The notes beneath the pieces were generated by a model. The model did not search any database. It was not told where the DNA came from and saw only the letters and a list, made by a program, of their open reading frames with translations. The position numbers and the translations under genes were made by a program. Shown here one piece after another: positions 47,998-56,848 of a stretch of 64,000 nt of DNA. Numbering within the stretch: position 1 is the first letter of the stretch; each line of letters opens with the position of its first letter. Source of the stretch: Candidatus Obscuribacterales bacterium (GTDB lineage Bacteria > Cyanobacteriota > Vampirovibrionia > Obscuribacterales > Obscuribacteraceae); NCBI GenBank assembly GCA_965228855.1, contig CBDDIJ010000003.1, positions 3,264,001-3,328,000 on the forward strand, in the 5' to 3' direction.

Positions 47998-49539
47998 ATG
48001 ACAAACGAATTTATAATCGCAAATGAGCTACTCTGCTTATTAGCTTGCCCTGTGTCACTGATAACCACCGCTTTCGCCCCCAGACAATCGACGGAAAAGC
48101 TGCTGATATCGGCACAATTCGCGGGCTTCACTTTCGCGCTCGTAGCGGCGATCGCCATACTCGTAACTGGACAGGCACCGCCAGTGATGCCGAATCAATT
48201 GCTGTCCTTGAGAATCGATGCGGCGACATCGTGCCTCCTGGCTGCGACATTTTTCATCTCCACCATAGTGATTGCTTACAGCGACCGCTACCTCAGCGGC
48301 GACACGATGCGCACCAGCTTCATGCGACACATCGCAGTTATCTCGTCTGCGGCCGGTTGGCTCATCGCCTCCAACAATTTGATCGTGGCGTTTTTCTGCT
48401 GGGTTACTTTATCGATCGGACTCTGGCTAACCGTTCGCCTTCAGCCTGACAACAGAAGCGCGGCCAATCTGGTACTGGCACATCATCTAGCAAGCGATAT
48501 ATTCTTACTGGTCGCAATCGCTTTATGCATATCGAACGCTGGAGTCGTTCAGTTCAGCGATTTGCCGGAGAGTCTGCATTTGCTGGATTTATCGTTCCTC
48601 AATTACTCGTGCTCCGCGGGTCTAATTGTCACCTCTCTCCTTATCGTTTCTTTCGGAATTAAATCTGCCCTCTTCCCGTTTCATAGATGGTTGTTTGCCA
48701 CTCTGGAAGCTCCGACACCACTATCCGGCTTGTTGCATGCCGGAATCGTTAACGTGTCAGCCATCATGGCATGGCGATTTATGCCTCTGATGCAAGACTA
48801 CTCGACTCCTCTTCTAATATGGGGCATCTGGTCTGGCATATCGGCCGTAATCGGAACATTGAGCATGGCAGCCCAACCTGATGTGAAAAGGAAGCTCGCA
48901 TACTCAACTGTAGGGCAGATGGGCTTTATGTCTCTCCAGTGCGCGACCGGAGCAATCGCAGCAGCCCTGTTCCATCTGGTCGCGCATGGTCTGTTCAAGT
49001 GCCACCTCTTCCTGCAGTCTGGGGGGGCAGTCTCAGAGGGGTTGTTGAAACGGAAATACAACTACTCGAATCACGCGCCCGCCGTCGGGCATAACATCAT
49101 CATTTTGGCATTTCTTTCTCTTTCGATTATAGCCGTCAGCTGTATCACTATGACTTCTGACAGCTCGACTTGGACCGTCATGTCAACCCTCGTAGCCGGC
49201 GCTGCATTGTTGAGTATCGTTCCTGCGTTAAACAGAATTGATTCCAACATGCTGCTATTTTCGCTGCTCACCTTTGCGGCGCTTGCGATACCATCCGTGA
49301 TGGCGTCTGCGAGACTCGAGCAGTTTGTTCATATAGAGCATCAGATCAATACCTGGCTTATTCCTGTCTTCCTGACGATCTTCGCTTCTGTCGCGGTTCT
49401 TCAAGCTTTAGCGCGAAAGAACAGTCTGGTTGAAGCTGTTTATGTCCACAGCCTGAATGGATTCTATGTCGATGAAGCCTGTTCAACCCTAAGCGGTTGG
49501 AGCGAGACTCACAAAAGGATAGTGAAAAATGGCACCTAG
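47998..49539 (+). CDS. dabB: DAB inorganic carbon pump membrane subunit (NuoL/MrpA-like)
   Basis: KSALFPFHRWL..EAPTPLSGLLHAGIVN, DVKRKLAYSTVGQMGFM, HLVAHGLFK; overlaps the DUF2309 gene. Confidence 0.9.
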   Translation: MTNEFIIANELLCLLACPVSLITTAFAPRQSTEKLLISAQFAGFTFALVAAIAILVTGQAPPVMPNQLLSLRIDAATSCLLAATFFISTIVIAYSDRYLSGDTMRTSFMRHIAVISSAAGWLIASNNLIVAFFCWVTLSIGLWLTVRLQPDNRSAANLVLAHHLASDIFLLVAIALCISNAGVVQFSDLPESLHLLDLSFLNYSCSAGLIVTSLLIVSFGIKSALFPFHRWLFATLEAPTPLSGLLHAGIVNVSAIMAWRFMPLMQDYSTPLLIWGIWSGISAVIGTLSMAAQPDVKRKLAYSTVGQMGFMSLQCATGAIAAALFHLVAHGLFKCHLFLQSGGAVSEGLLKRKYNYSNHAPAVGHNIIILAFLSLSIIAVSCITMTSDSSTWTVMSTLVAGAALLSIVPALNRIDSNMLLFSLLTFAALAIPSVMASARLEQFVHIEHQINTWLIPVFLTIFASVAVLQALARKNSLVEAVYVHSLNGFYVDEACSTLSGWSETHKRIVKNGT

Positions 49540-52012
49540 TAACACTGAAATAACGCTAGAAGGGAGCGGAGAACCAATGACGTCCACCACAGCAACTCAA
49601 CCACTAAATCTCAGCGACGAAATTGCAGAGGCAGCAAACTGCATCAATCATCTCTACCCACTCACAAACTTCGTGGCATGCAACTCGCTGAAAGGATATG
49701 AGAACATTCCATTCGAAGAGGCGATGCGGCGAGCCAGGGAGCTTTTCAATGCTCGTGGCTTTCTTCCACTTTCAGAATATCGAGCCATGTATGAATCCGG
49801 TCGGATAGCACCGGTAGATCTGAATGAAGCTTTCAGACGGCATCATACATGGAAGCGCGAAGCGATTCCGATGGAGCGGAGACGACTCAGCATCTCTGAG
49901 ATGTTCGACGAAATCTGCAAAACCAAAATTGTCGATACCATAAACAGGCAATTGATCAAATGGTGCGGCGCATATCTTGATCAGACGCAAGCGCAATGGA
50001 TCCCGATCGAGAAAAAGGGTCTGTACGAGTTTTGGAAACAGTTGGCACGTCACGACAAATCGCTCTGGTGGCATGGCATAAGAGACTTCGCGCAAACAAT
50101 CGACTCACTCCCGGAGACCTCAGAATCCGCCCTTGAGATGCAGCTCCGAGAGCTTGAAATTCATGGAGAAGATATAGCACCATATTTGAGGAGTCACCTG
50201 ATTCAACTTCCAGGATTTGTGAGTTACATCAAATGGAAGGACGCTGCACATCAAGGCAACGAGCTTCTGAGTGACTATCTCGCCATAAGACTTCATTACG
50301 AGAAGGTTCTAGCTAGGTTTCATGCCGACAAGCATTACAAGTGTCAGGATCTCGGTCTTATCAGACCTCTTCTCGAGTCGGAAACCCCAAAAGACAGTCA
50401 CTTCCCGAAGTCGGACGATGACTACGCTCCAATATGGCAAGAAGCTTATGAACTAAACTATCGAGACAAACTGCTTTCAAGCCTGAATCCAAAATTTTCA
50501 GGTGAAACCAGTGACACTCTCTGCCAGTTGGTGTTCTGCATAGACGTACGATCAGAGCCTATTCGCAGGGAGATTGAACAGCGAGGACCATATTCAACAT
50601 ACGGTTTTGCCGGCTTCTTCGGCATGCCCATGAAATTAAACGAACTAGGCAGCGCCTTCGCACTGGACCTCTGTCCCGTGCTGATTAAGCCGGAAAAGAA
50701 AGCAACGGAAACCGGTAATCTGGTAAGCAGGACGCTAAGTTGGCAGGCACTTAAGGCGTCTGCGCTGCAAATGAAGAAAAAGGTAAAAAGCAATCTAGCC
50801 GGAGCCTTTGGCCTGGTTGAATTGATCGGATTGTACTCTGCAATTCCGCTTGCCGTTAAAACCTTCTTTCCATCTCAAACCCAAAGGCTCGGCCAGGCTG
50901 TTGAGAACTTGGTCACAGGCAGCGATAAAACGACACTCGATCTCTCCGCTTTCTCGCTGCAAGATAAAGTCACCTTAGCAGAAGGAGCGATTGCAGGAAT
51001 TGGTTTAAAGCATTTCTCCAAATTGATCGTACTCTGCGGTCACAAAAGCTCCTCGGTGAACAATCCATTCGCTTCATCTCTCGATTGCGGGGCTTGCGGT
51101 GGCAATGGAGGAACCTACAGCGCTCGTTTTGCAGCAGAAATTCTCAATGATAAGAAAGTGCGAGCAGTTCTGGCCGCAAAAGACATCACGATAAGACCAG
51201 ATACAGTCTTTATAGCGGCTGAACATGACACGACCACGGATAGAATTACACTGTTTCGACCAGACTTCCTTGACGAAGACCAAAAACTGACACTTGCAAG
51301 ACTCAGCGAAGACCTGGATCTCGCCGGAGACGCGATGAGGGAAAAGCGCTCCTTGACACTCCCCAAGAGCAGCATGCAAAAACTCAATGACCCAATCGAG
51401 CGCGCATGCGACTGGGCGCAGGTCGCGCCGGAATGGGGACTAGCCGGTAACGCAGCGTTCATCGCCGCGCCTCGTGGAATTTCCGGCAACTCCGACCTCG
51501 AAGGTAGAGTGTTCCTGCATTCGTACGATTGCGACCTCGATAAGGAGAATAAAGTACTTGAGCTAATCATGACAGCACCGCTGGTAGTGGCACAGTGGAT
51601 TAATACACAGTATTATCTTTCAACCGTCGATAACGACAAGTTCGGCAGCGGGACGAAGGTCGTCCACAACGTCATAGGAGACTTTGGAGTCATGAGTGGA
51701 GCGGCAAGCGATCTGAGGCTGGGTCTGCCGCTTCAGTCGATAAGCTCAGAAGCGGGGTTAAGGCACGAACCAATGCGTCTTCTCTCTGTCATAAGAGCCC
51801 GCCGTTCAGCCATCGAGCAAGTTCTTAAAAAGCATTCTGAAATTGCGCAACTAGTGGAAAATCGCTGGATCAGACTGGTCTCGCTGGAACCGGAAGAGAA
51901 GCGATTTTACGAGTTGGCTCCCGGAGGAGAATGGTATCAAGTCAACTTCAATGCAGCAGAGATAAATAAAGAAAGCATAGCTAACGCTTTAGCTGCTGGT
52001 CTTCGAGCATAA
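49529..52012 (+). CDS. dabA: DAB inorganic carbon pump soluble subunit (DUF2309, beta-carbonic-anhydrase-like)
   Basis: FCIDVRSE (Cys and Asp ligands), GFAGFFG, LCGHKS (His), LDCGACGG (Cys), DWAQVAPEWGLAGNA, GRVFLHSY, HEPMRL. Confidence 0.95.
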   Translation: MAPSNTEITLEGSGEPMTSTTATQPLNLSDEIAEAANCINHLYPLTNFVACNSLKGYENIPFEEAMRRARELFNARGFLPLSEYRAMYESGRIAPVDLNEAFRRHHTWKREAIPMERRRLSISEMFDEICKTKIVDTINRQLIKWCGAYLDQTQAQWIPIEKKGLYEFWKQLARHDKSLWWHGIRDFAQTIDSLPETSESALEMQLRELEIHGEDIAPYLRSHLIQLPGFVSYIKWKDAAHQGNELLSDYLAIRLHYEKVLARFHADKHYKCQDLGLIRPLLESETPKDSHFPKSDDDYAPIWQEAYELNYRDKLLSSLNPKFSGETSDTLCQLVFCIDVRSEPIRREIEQRGPYSTYGFAGFFGMPMKLNELGSAFALDLCPVLIKPEKKATETGNLVSRTLSWQALKASALQMKKKVKSNLAGAFGLVELIGLYSAIPLAVKTFFPSQTQRLGQAVENLVTGSDKTTLDLSAFSLQDKVTLAEGAIAGIGLKHFSKLIVLCGHKSSSVNNPFASSLDCGACGGNGGTYSARFAAEILNDKKVRAVLAAKDITIRPDTVFIAAEHDTTTDRITLFRPDFLDEDQKLTLARLSEDLDLAGDAMREKRSLTLPKSSMQKLNDPIERACDWAQVAPEWGLAGNAAFIAAPRGISGNSDLEGRVFLHSYDCDLDKENKVLELIMTAPLVVAQWINTQYYLSTVDNDKFGSGTKVVHNVIGDFGVMSGAASDLRLGLPLQSISSEAGLRHEPMRLLSVIRARRSAIEQVLKKHSEIAQLVENRWIRLVSLEPEEKRFYELAPGGEWYQVNFNAAEINKESIANALAAGLRA

Positions 52013-52019
52013 CGGAAGA

Positions 52020-52910
52020 ATGCGACATCCATACTTCGACAAAACCATCTCGCTGACCACAAAGCATAAGAAGGCTTCGGCGCTCGCCTTGCCACTCCGG
52101 GCGGGCGTCGGCTTGCGAGTTAGCGAGGTCGAAGTTGACACAGATATCTTCGGCACCTTTTCGGGAGAAGTTGAGCGAAGAGGAAGCGCCATCGAAACGG
52201 CCATAAAAAAGGCTCGCCTTGGAATGATGAAAAGTTCCTCGCCACTTGGTCTAGCTACCGAAGGTAGTTTCGGTGCCCATCCACTCATTCCTTTCGTAGC
52301 CGGCTGTGAGGAAGCAATCGTTTTAATAGATGATGTTCATGGTTTTCACGTATCAGAGAGTTTGATTTCAACGAAAACAAACTTCAGGTACTGTGAAATC
52401 GCGTCGATGGACGAGATCGAAGAATTTCTGGACCAAGCTAAATTTCCGTCCCACGGTTTGATCGTTAAACCAAATCAAACTGACCGGAAGTTGTTTCAAA
52501 AAATTGGTCGGCTGTTCGGAAAAACTACGCCCTCCACCATCAAAGGAATACAAGAGCGCGAATCGCTGCAACGGGCAATTGAAACCTGCAGAGCCATCTC
52601 CGGCGATCACCTGGCGCGAGTGGAAACCGACATGCGCGCACATATGAATCCGACTCGCATGCGAGTTCTACGCGAGCTGGGAGTCAAATTGGCTCGGAGG
52701 CTCCGCTCGAGCTGCACTGAATGCAACTGTCCCGGCTTTGGTCGAACGTCGGTAAGTGGGTTCTTGAACTGTTCTGAATGTGGATTCGCCTCTCAGTCGC
52801 CATCTCACGAAATCCACAGTTGCCCCAGGTGCCGATACTCCAAAACGCTGCCCCGGAGCGACGGAGTGCAAAGTGTTGATCCTATGTATTGCGCTCGCTG
52901 CAACCCCTGA
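52020..52910 (+). CDS. DUF6671-like protein with C-terminal Cys-rich zinc-ribbon region
   Basis: TKHKK, DTDIFGTFSGEVER, ATEGSFGAHP, ETDMRAHMNPTRM, four CxxC motifs ending CARCNP. Confidence 0.8.
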   Translation: MRHPYFDKTISLTTKHKKASALALPLRAGVGLRVSEVEVDTDIFGTFSGEVERRGSAIETAIKKARLGMMKSSSPLGLATEGSFGAHPLIPFVAGCEEAIVLIDDVHGFHVSESLISTKTNFRYCEIASMDEIEEFLDQAKFPSHGLIVKPNQTDRKLFQKIGRLFGKTTPSTIKGIQERESLQRAIETCRAISGDHLARVETDMRAHMNPTRMRVLRELGVKLARRLRSSCTECNCPGFGRTSVSGFLNCSECGFASQSPSHEIHSCPRCRYSKTLPRSDGVQSVDPMYCARCNP

Positions 52911-52957
52911 GTTTTAAGTTCAAATAAATGAAGATGATGGAAAGGAATTGATAAGAA

Positions 52958-53761
52958 ATGGACAGAAATTTACAAGACATGGAAAACGAAAGCATCTTCA
53001 TCATTCGGGAGGCCTATGCAAAGGTAAAGGACCTCGCGCTTCTATGGTCAATGGGAAAGGATTCCACGGTACTGCTTCATCTGGTGAAAAAAGCATTCAT
53101 GGGAAATTGCCCTATGCCACTGGTGCATGTTGATGAGAGCTATGAGCCTGAGGCGATGATTGCCTGGAGAGACGAATACGTTAAACGACACGATTTGAAG
53201 CTAATAGTCGGTCAAAATAAACAGGCGTTATCCGAAGGAATGGGCCCGCATCTTGGCCGTCTAACTTGTTGCAATGCACTAAAGACAGTGGCACTGCAAC
53301 AGACCGTTAAAGAACATAACATTCAAGGTCTGCTGGTCGGAATTAGACGCGACGAGGAAGGATCCCGCGGAAAAGAACGAGTGGTATCGCCCAGATCTTC
53401 TGATGGCGCATGGAAGTACAAAGATCAGCCAGCCGAGATCTGGAACCACTTCAATCTGCATACGCCAAAGGATATCCATCTCAGAATTCATCCGATACTC
53501 CACTGGGATGAACTCTCAATTTGGGAATACATTAAGAGTGAATCCATCGAGATAATTCCACTGTATTTCGCCCGCGATGGCATGCGCTATCGCAGCCTGG
53601 GTTGCGCCCCTTGCACCGGCGCGTTTCCTTCCACAGCGGCTACGGTAGAAGAGATTATTGAAGAACTCAAACAGAGTTCCGAATCAGAGAGAGCCGGCCG
53701 AGCGCACGACAAAGAAGAGGCATATGCTCTACAAAAACTGAGAAGCCAGGGATTCATGTAA
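52958..53761 (+). CDS. cysD: Sulfate adenylyltransferase subunit 2
   Basis: ESIFIIREA, LWSMGKDS (PP-loop), GIRRDEEGSRGKER, RIHPILHW, RYRSLGCAPCT, ERAGRA.D. Confidence 0.92.
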   Translation: MDRNLQDMENESIFIIREAYAKVKDLALLWSMGKDSTVLLHLVKKAFMGNCPMPLVHVDESYEPEAMIAWRDEYVKRHDLKLIVGQNKQALSEGMGPHLGRLTCCNALKTVALQQTVKEHNIQGLLVGIRRDEEGSRGKERVVSPRSSDGAWKYKDQPAEIWNHFNLHTPKDIHLRIHPILHWDELSIWEYIKSESIEIIPLYFARDGMRYRSLGCAPCTGAFPSTAATVEEIIEELKQSSESERAGRAHDKEEAYALQKLRSQGFM

Positions 53762-54167
53762 TGCCTGAATTTTTCGCAAGGTGGCGTCTATTAACCTATG
53801 CCAGTTGTGGCTCTACGAAATTATAAACAAAACATAAAAGCACTTCCCATTCAAAAATTTTTTTGATATTTTCAAAGAGTAAGGATTCAATTTCCTTCGC
53901 TTCGAATAGCCAGATTCTGCTTAAAAGGAGGGTTTGAGCATAGTTGAACGAATACACAATTGAATAACTTATGACTGACTTTGTACCAGCCAATCGGCTG
54001 GAATTGGCTAAAGACATGGCAGTCTCAATGGAATTGAGACTGCCTGCCCGCCAACAATGTTGAGCCAGGAGATCGTTCGGTTGATGCCGCATCTCTCTAT
54101 GGCTATTTTCCTTCGTCCGGCACCTCATGCCGGTTTAGCTAAATAGACATAAGGAGGTTTTTCGATA

Positions 54168-54620
54168 ATGTTTGGAATGTCTTGTGAGTTCATTAGCCAA
54201 TACATTCAAGCAGGAAAGCGCGACTGCCCAGAAAAAATCATGCAAGACTTAGCCGGCAGCAAGTACGAAAAGGTACGAATGCGCGTAGCAGAAAACGAAA
54301 AAGCACCAGTGAAAATATTGGAAAGGCTGGCTGCAGACAGGAGCGTCGACGTGAGAATTGCAGTCGCAACAAACTCCAGCACACCATTTGAGATCGTCTG
54401 CAAGTTGGCGTCCGATGAAGACCCTAATGTGCGATTGGGAATTGCAGAGGCGCCAGGCACCTCACTTCCAATTTTAGAAAAGCTCACAGACGACGCAAAT
54501 CCGTATGTGAGCTGTCAGGCGAAAAAGAGTCTGATGATCGCGAGAGCAAAGGAACTGAATTCGCGTTGTTTCGGCAACTCAGTCGAATTCCGAGGTCCGG
54601 ACAGCTTGCTCTACGCCTAG
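54168..54620 (+). CDS. HEAT/LRV-like repeat protein
   Basis: Repeats LA.D....VR..VA.N...P..IL; strong RBS TAAGGAGG at 54150-54157. Confidence 0.8.
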   Translation: MFGMSCEFISQYIQAGKRDCPEKIMQDLAGSKYEKVRMRVAENEKAPVKILERLAADRSVDVRIAVATNSSTPFEIVCKLASDEDPNVRLGIAEAPGTSLPILEKLTDDANPYVSCQAKKSLMIARAKELNSRCFGNSVEFRGPDSLLYA

Positions 54621-54625
54621 CTAGT

Positions 54626-54663
54626 TTCCGGGTCAGAGGGTCTCCCGGTCCTCTGACCCGGAA
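54626..54663 (+). terminator. Strong hairpin after the repeat-protein gene (terminator or RNA-stabilising stem)
   Basis: 14-bp perfect stem TTCCGGGTCAGAGG / CCTCTGACCCGGAA with only a weak U tail. Confidence 0.55.
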
Positions 54664-54770
54664 CAACCTTTACTGAGCAGATTATGAAATCGCCCTAAAT
54701 ATTCTGACCTAACCTGGTCCACGAACTATATGCTGGTAAAAGCCACCGGGCTTTCACCAGCATTGAGGGC

Positions 54771-55445
54771 GTGGACATGAACGTCTTAAAAAAACTCTTG
54801 ACAGAGCTACGGTATTTGCTTGAAGGTCTGTATTACCTGACGTTTGCTATCATCGGAGTTTTGAGCATTCCATGGCTCCTCTCAGGATCCGTTAAGGGTC
54901 GCTATTCGGCCAGCGGTGACTTCACCCCGACTAACGTTCTCGGAGGCACCTCTGCATTAAGCAATCTGCCTACAGCTTGCGCCACATCTAGTGGTACTAC
55001 ATCCAGTGCCTTCTCGACTAACGCTCATGCCACGACGACCTTCGCTTCACATCTGCAAAGCGGAGCCGTTTGGTTGGTCGCCGTGCTAGCTATCGTCATC
55101 GTTTTGATGACGGTCGTGGTCACCTATCAGAGCATTATCAACCGCGCCAGCTCACGAGAAGCAAGCCTGACCCGAATGATCGAGTTTTACGGCTGGAATC
55201 GATACCTGCAAAAGGTGAACGCTAAGATTGTTTCCTCAGATAAATACGGCACTCTTTATCAGAAGAGATTCTTTGTCGGTGAGAATCTCGCAATCCTAGC
55301 CGTCAAAAACTCGACTGCGGAACCTGATGGTTCGTTTAAAACTTATTACTTGCGCGTACCGCCGCACACTAGAACGGCGCGCGAAGCGGTAGCCTGGACT
55401 TTCGCCGTCGAAACGGAACAGTATCGACCGGCAATTGAAACTTAG
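54771..55445 (+). CDS. Membrane protein with C-terminal DUF6745-like domain
   Basis: Two TM helices, then VKNSTAEPDGSFKTYYLRVPP..TAREAVAWTF. Confidence 0.75.
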   Translation: MDMNVLKKLLTELRYLLEGLYYLTFAIIGVLSIPWLLSGSVKGRYSASGDFTPTNVLGGTSALSNLPTACATSSGTTSSAFSTNAHATTTFASHLQSGAVWLVAVLAIVIVLMTVVVTYQSIINRASSREASLTRMIEFYGWNRYLQKVNAKIVSSDKYGTLYQKRFFVGENLAILAVKNSTAEPDGSFKTYYLRVPPHTRTAREAVAWTFAVETEQYRPAIET

Positions 55446-55474
55446 ATTGTTGTTTTAAGCGACCACAGTGAACA

Positions 55475-56848
55475 ATGAAACCTGATGAACTGAAAACAGA
55501 AAAATATCCCATTCTCGCGCCAGCTAGTTTGGCAAGTTCTGACGGCATTGGAGCAATCTTCATAAGCGCATTGTTCTTTTCCACGCTTGCTTGGCTCGTT
55601 CTATCAACGAAACTCGGTCTGGAGCCGAAGCTGCAGTGGATGTTGGTCGGAGGTTTGCTGATGTATAACCTCGCGCGTAGCGATACAACCTTTCCGAGGT
55701 CTGATCTTGAACTGAAAGCAAAGGGGCTGGATATCAAAGATCGCCGTCTCAACGCGATCATGCCGTGGGACTGGGTAACGAAGGTAGAGATTCGTCAACG
55801 AACGCTGAGTATCTTCCCGAATTACGTCTACTTCCAATTCAAGGATAAATCAGATGTGCTGATTCTTTGGGAGGACGTTTGCGACAAAATGGATTCTACG
55901 ACTCTAATCTCATGCGTGCGAACCTGGGCTCCCCATGCGGAAATCAAGGGAGATGCGAAGCTGACAAAATCGGAATCGATTGCAACATACACTGAACTCT
56001 GGCTTTCAGGAATGAACTCAACTAAATCGACCAAACGATTGAGACAGGACCATGCCATTCCAGAAGAAACGATACTGAATAACAGCTACAAGATTGAACG
56101 CCTTTTGAGCGGCGGAGGACAAGGTACAGCTTACCTTGCGTCGGTCCTACCGCATGCAGAGGTTCCGAATATGCCACCACAAGTGGTGATAAAGGAGCTT
56201 ATCCTACCGTCGACTGACCGAGGATTGAAGAAGGCAACAGACGGTCTAATTAAAGAAGTCGCCATTTTGAGACGTATTTCCAGTGACAAGATTGTCTCGC
56301 TCTACGATTTCTTTATTGAAGACATGCGCGGCTACCTCGTCATCGAGTATATCGATGGAGAGACGCTGCGGCAGCTCGTCGCACGATGCGGTCCGCTTCA
56401 AGAATCTAGGGTCGCAGAAATTGGAGTGGCACTGTGCGATGCGCTTTCGTATCTTCATGGACTCACTCCGTCAATCATTCATGGAGATGTCACGCCCGAC
56501 AATATCATGCTCGACAAAAGTGGTGCAGTAAAGTTGATGGACTTTGATGCATCACAAGAACTCACGAGAAACAAAACTAACACGGTAGTCGGCAAACACG
56601 CATATATGTCGCCTGAGCAATTCAAAGGAATTTTGAATGAATCGAGCGACACATATGCGCTCGCATGCACAATGCATTTTTTGTTGACGGGAAACGATCC
56701 GGAGCCTATTAGTGAAAGTCATCCCGCTGACTTTGTGAATACCGTGGGAGTTGAGATGAATAGGATTGTATCGACTGCTACCAAGTTCAACTTTGAAGAA
56801 CGACTTCTAGATCTTAAACAAATGAGGTCTCAACTTGAGCGAATCTGA
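55475..56848 (+). CDS. Membrane-anchored Ser/Thr protein kinase (non-RD, HGD)
   Basis: Two TM helices; GGGQGTAY, VVIKE, IIHGDVTPDNIML, DFD, YMSPEQ. Confidence 0.9.
   Translation: MKPDELKTEKYPILAPASLASSDGIGAIFISALFFSTLAWLVLSTKLGLEPKLQWMLVGGLLMYNLARSDTTFPRSDLELKAKGLDIKDRRLNAIMPWDWVTKVEIRQRTLSIFPNYVYFQFKDKSDVLILWEDVCDKMDSTTLISCVRTWAPHAEIKGDAKLTKSESIATYTELWLSGMNSTKSTKRLRQDHAIPEETILNNSYKIERLLSGGGQGTAYLASVLPHAEVPNMPPQVVIKELILPSTDRGLKKATDGLIKEVAILRRISSDKIVSLYDFFIEDMRGYLVIEYIDGETLRQLVARCGPLQESRVAEIGVALCDALSYLHGLTPSIIHGDVTPDNIMLDKSGAVKLMDFDASQELTRNKTNTVVGKHAYMSPEQFKGILNESSDTYALACTMHFLLTGNDPEPISESHPADFVNTVGVEMNRIVSTATKFNFEERLLDLKQMRSQLERI

Noticed and set aside
47998..49539. Complex I nuoL or mrpA call
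   Set aside because: No other nuo or mrp genes are present and it overlaps a DUF2309 gene, which is the DabB context.
53796..54128. 110-aa minus-strand ORF, and a 30-codon plus-strand ORF at 53971
   Set aside because: No motif or well-placed RBS; the region is better explained as promoter plus structured leader.
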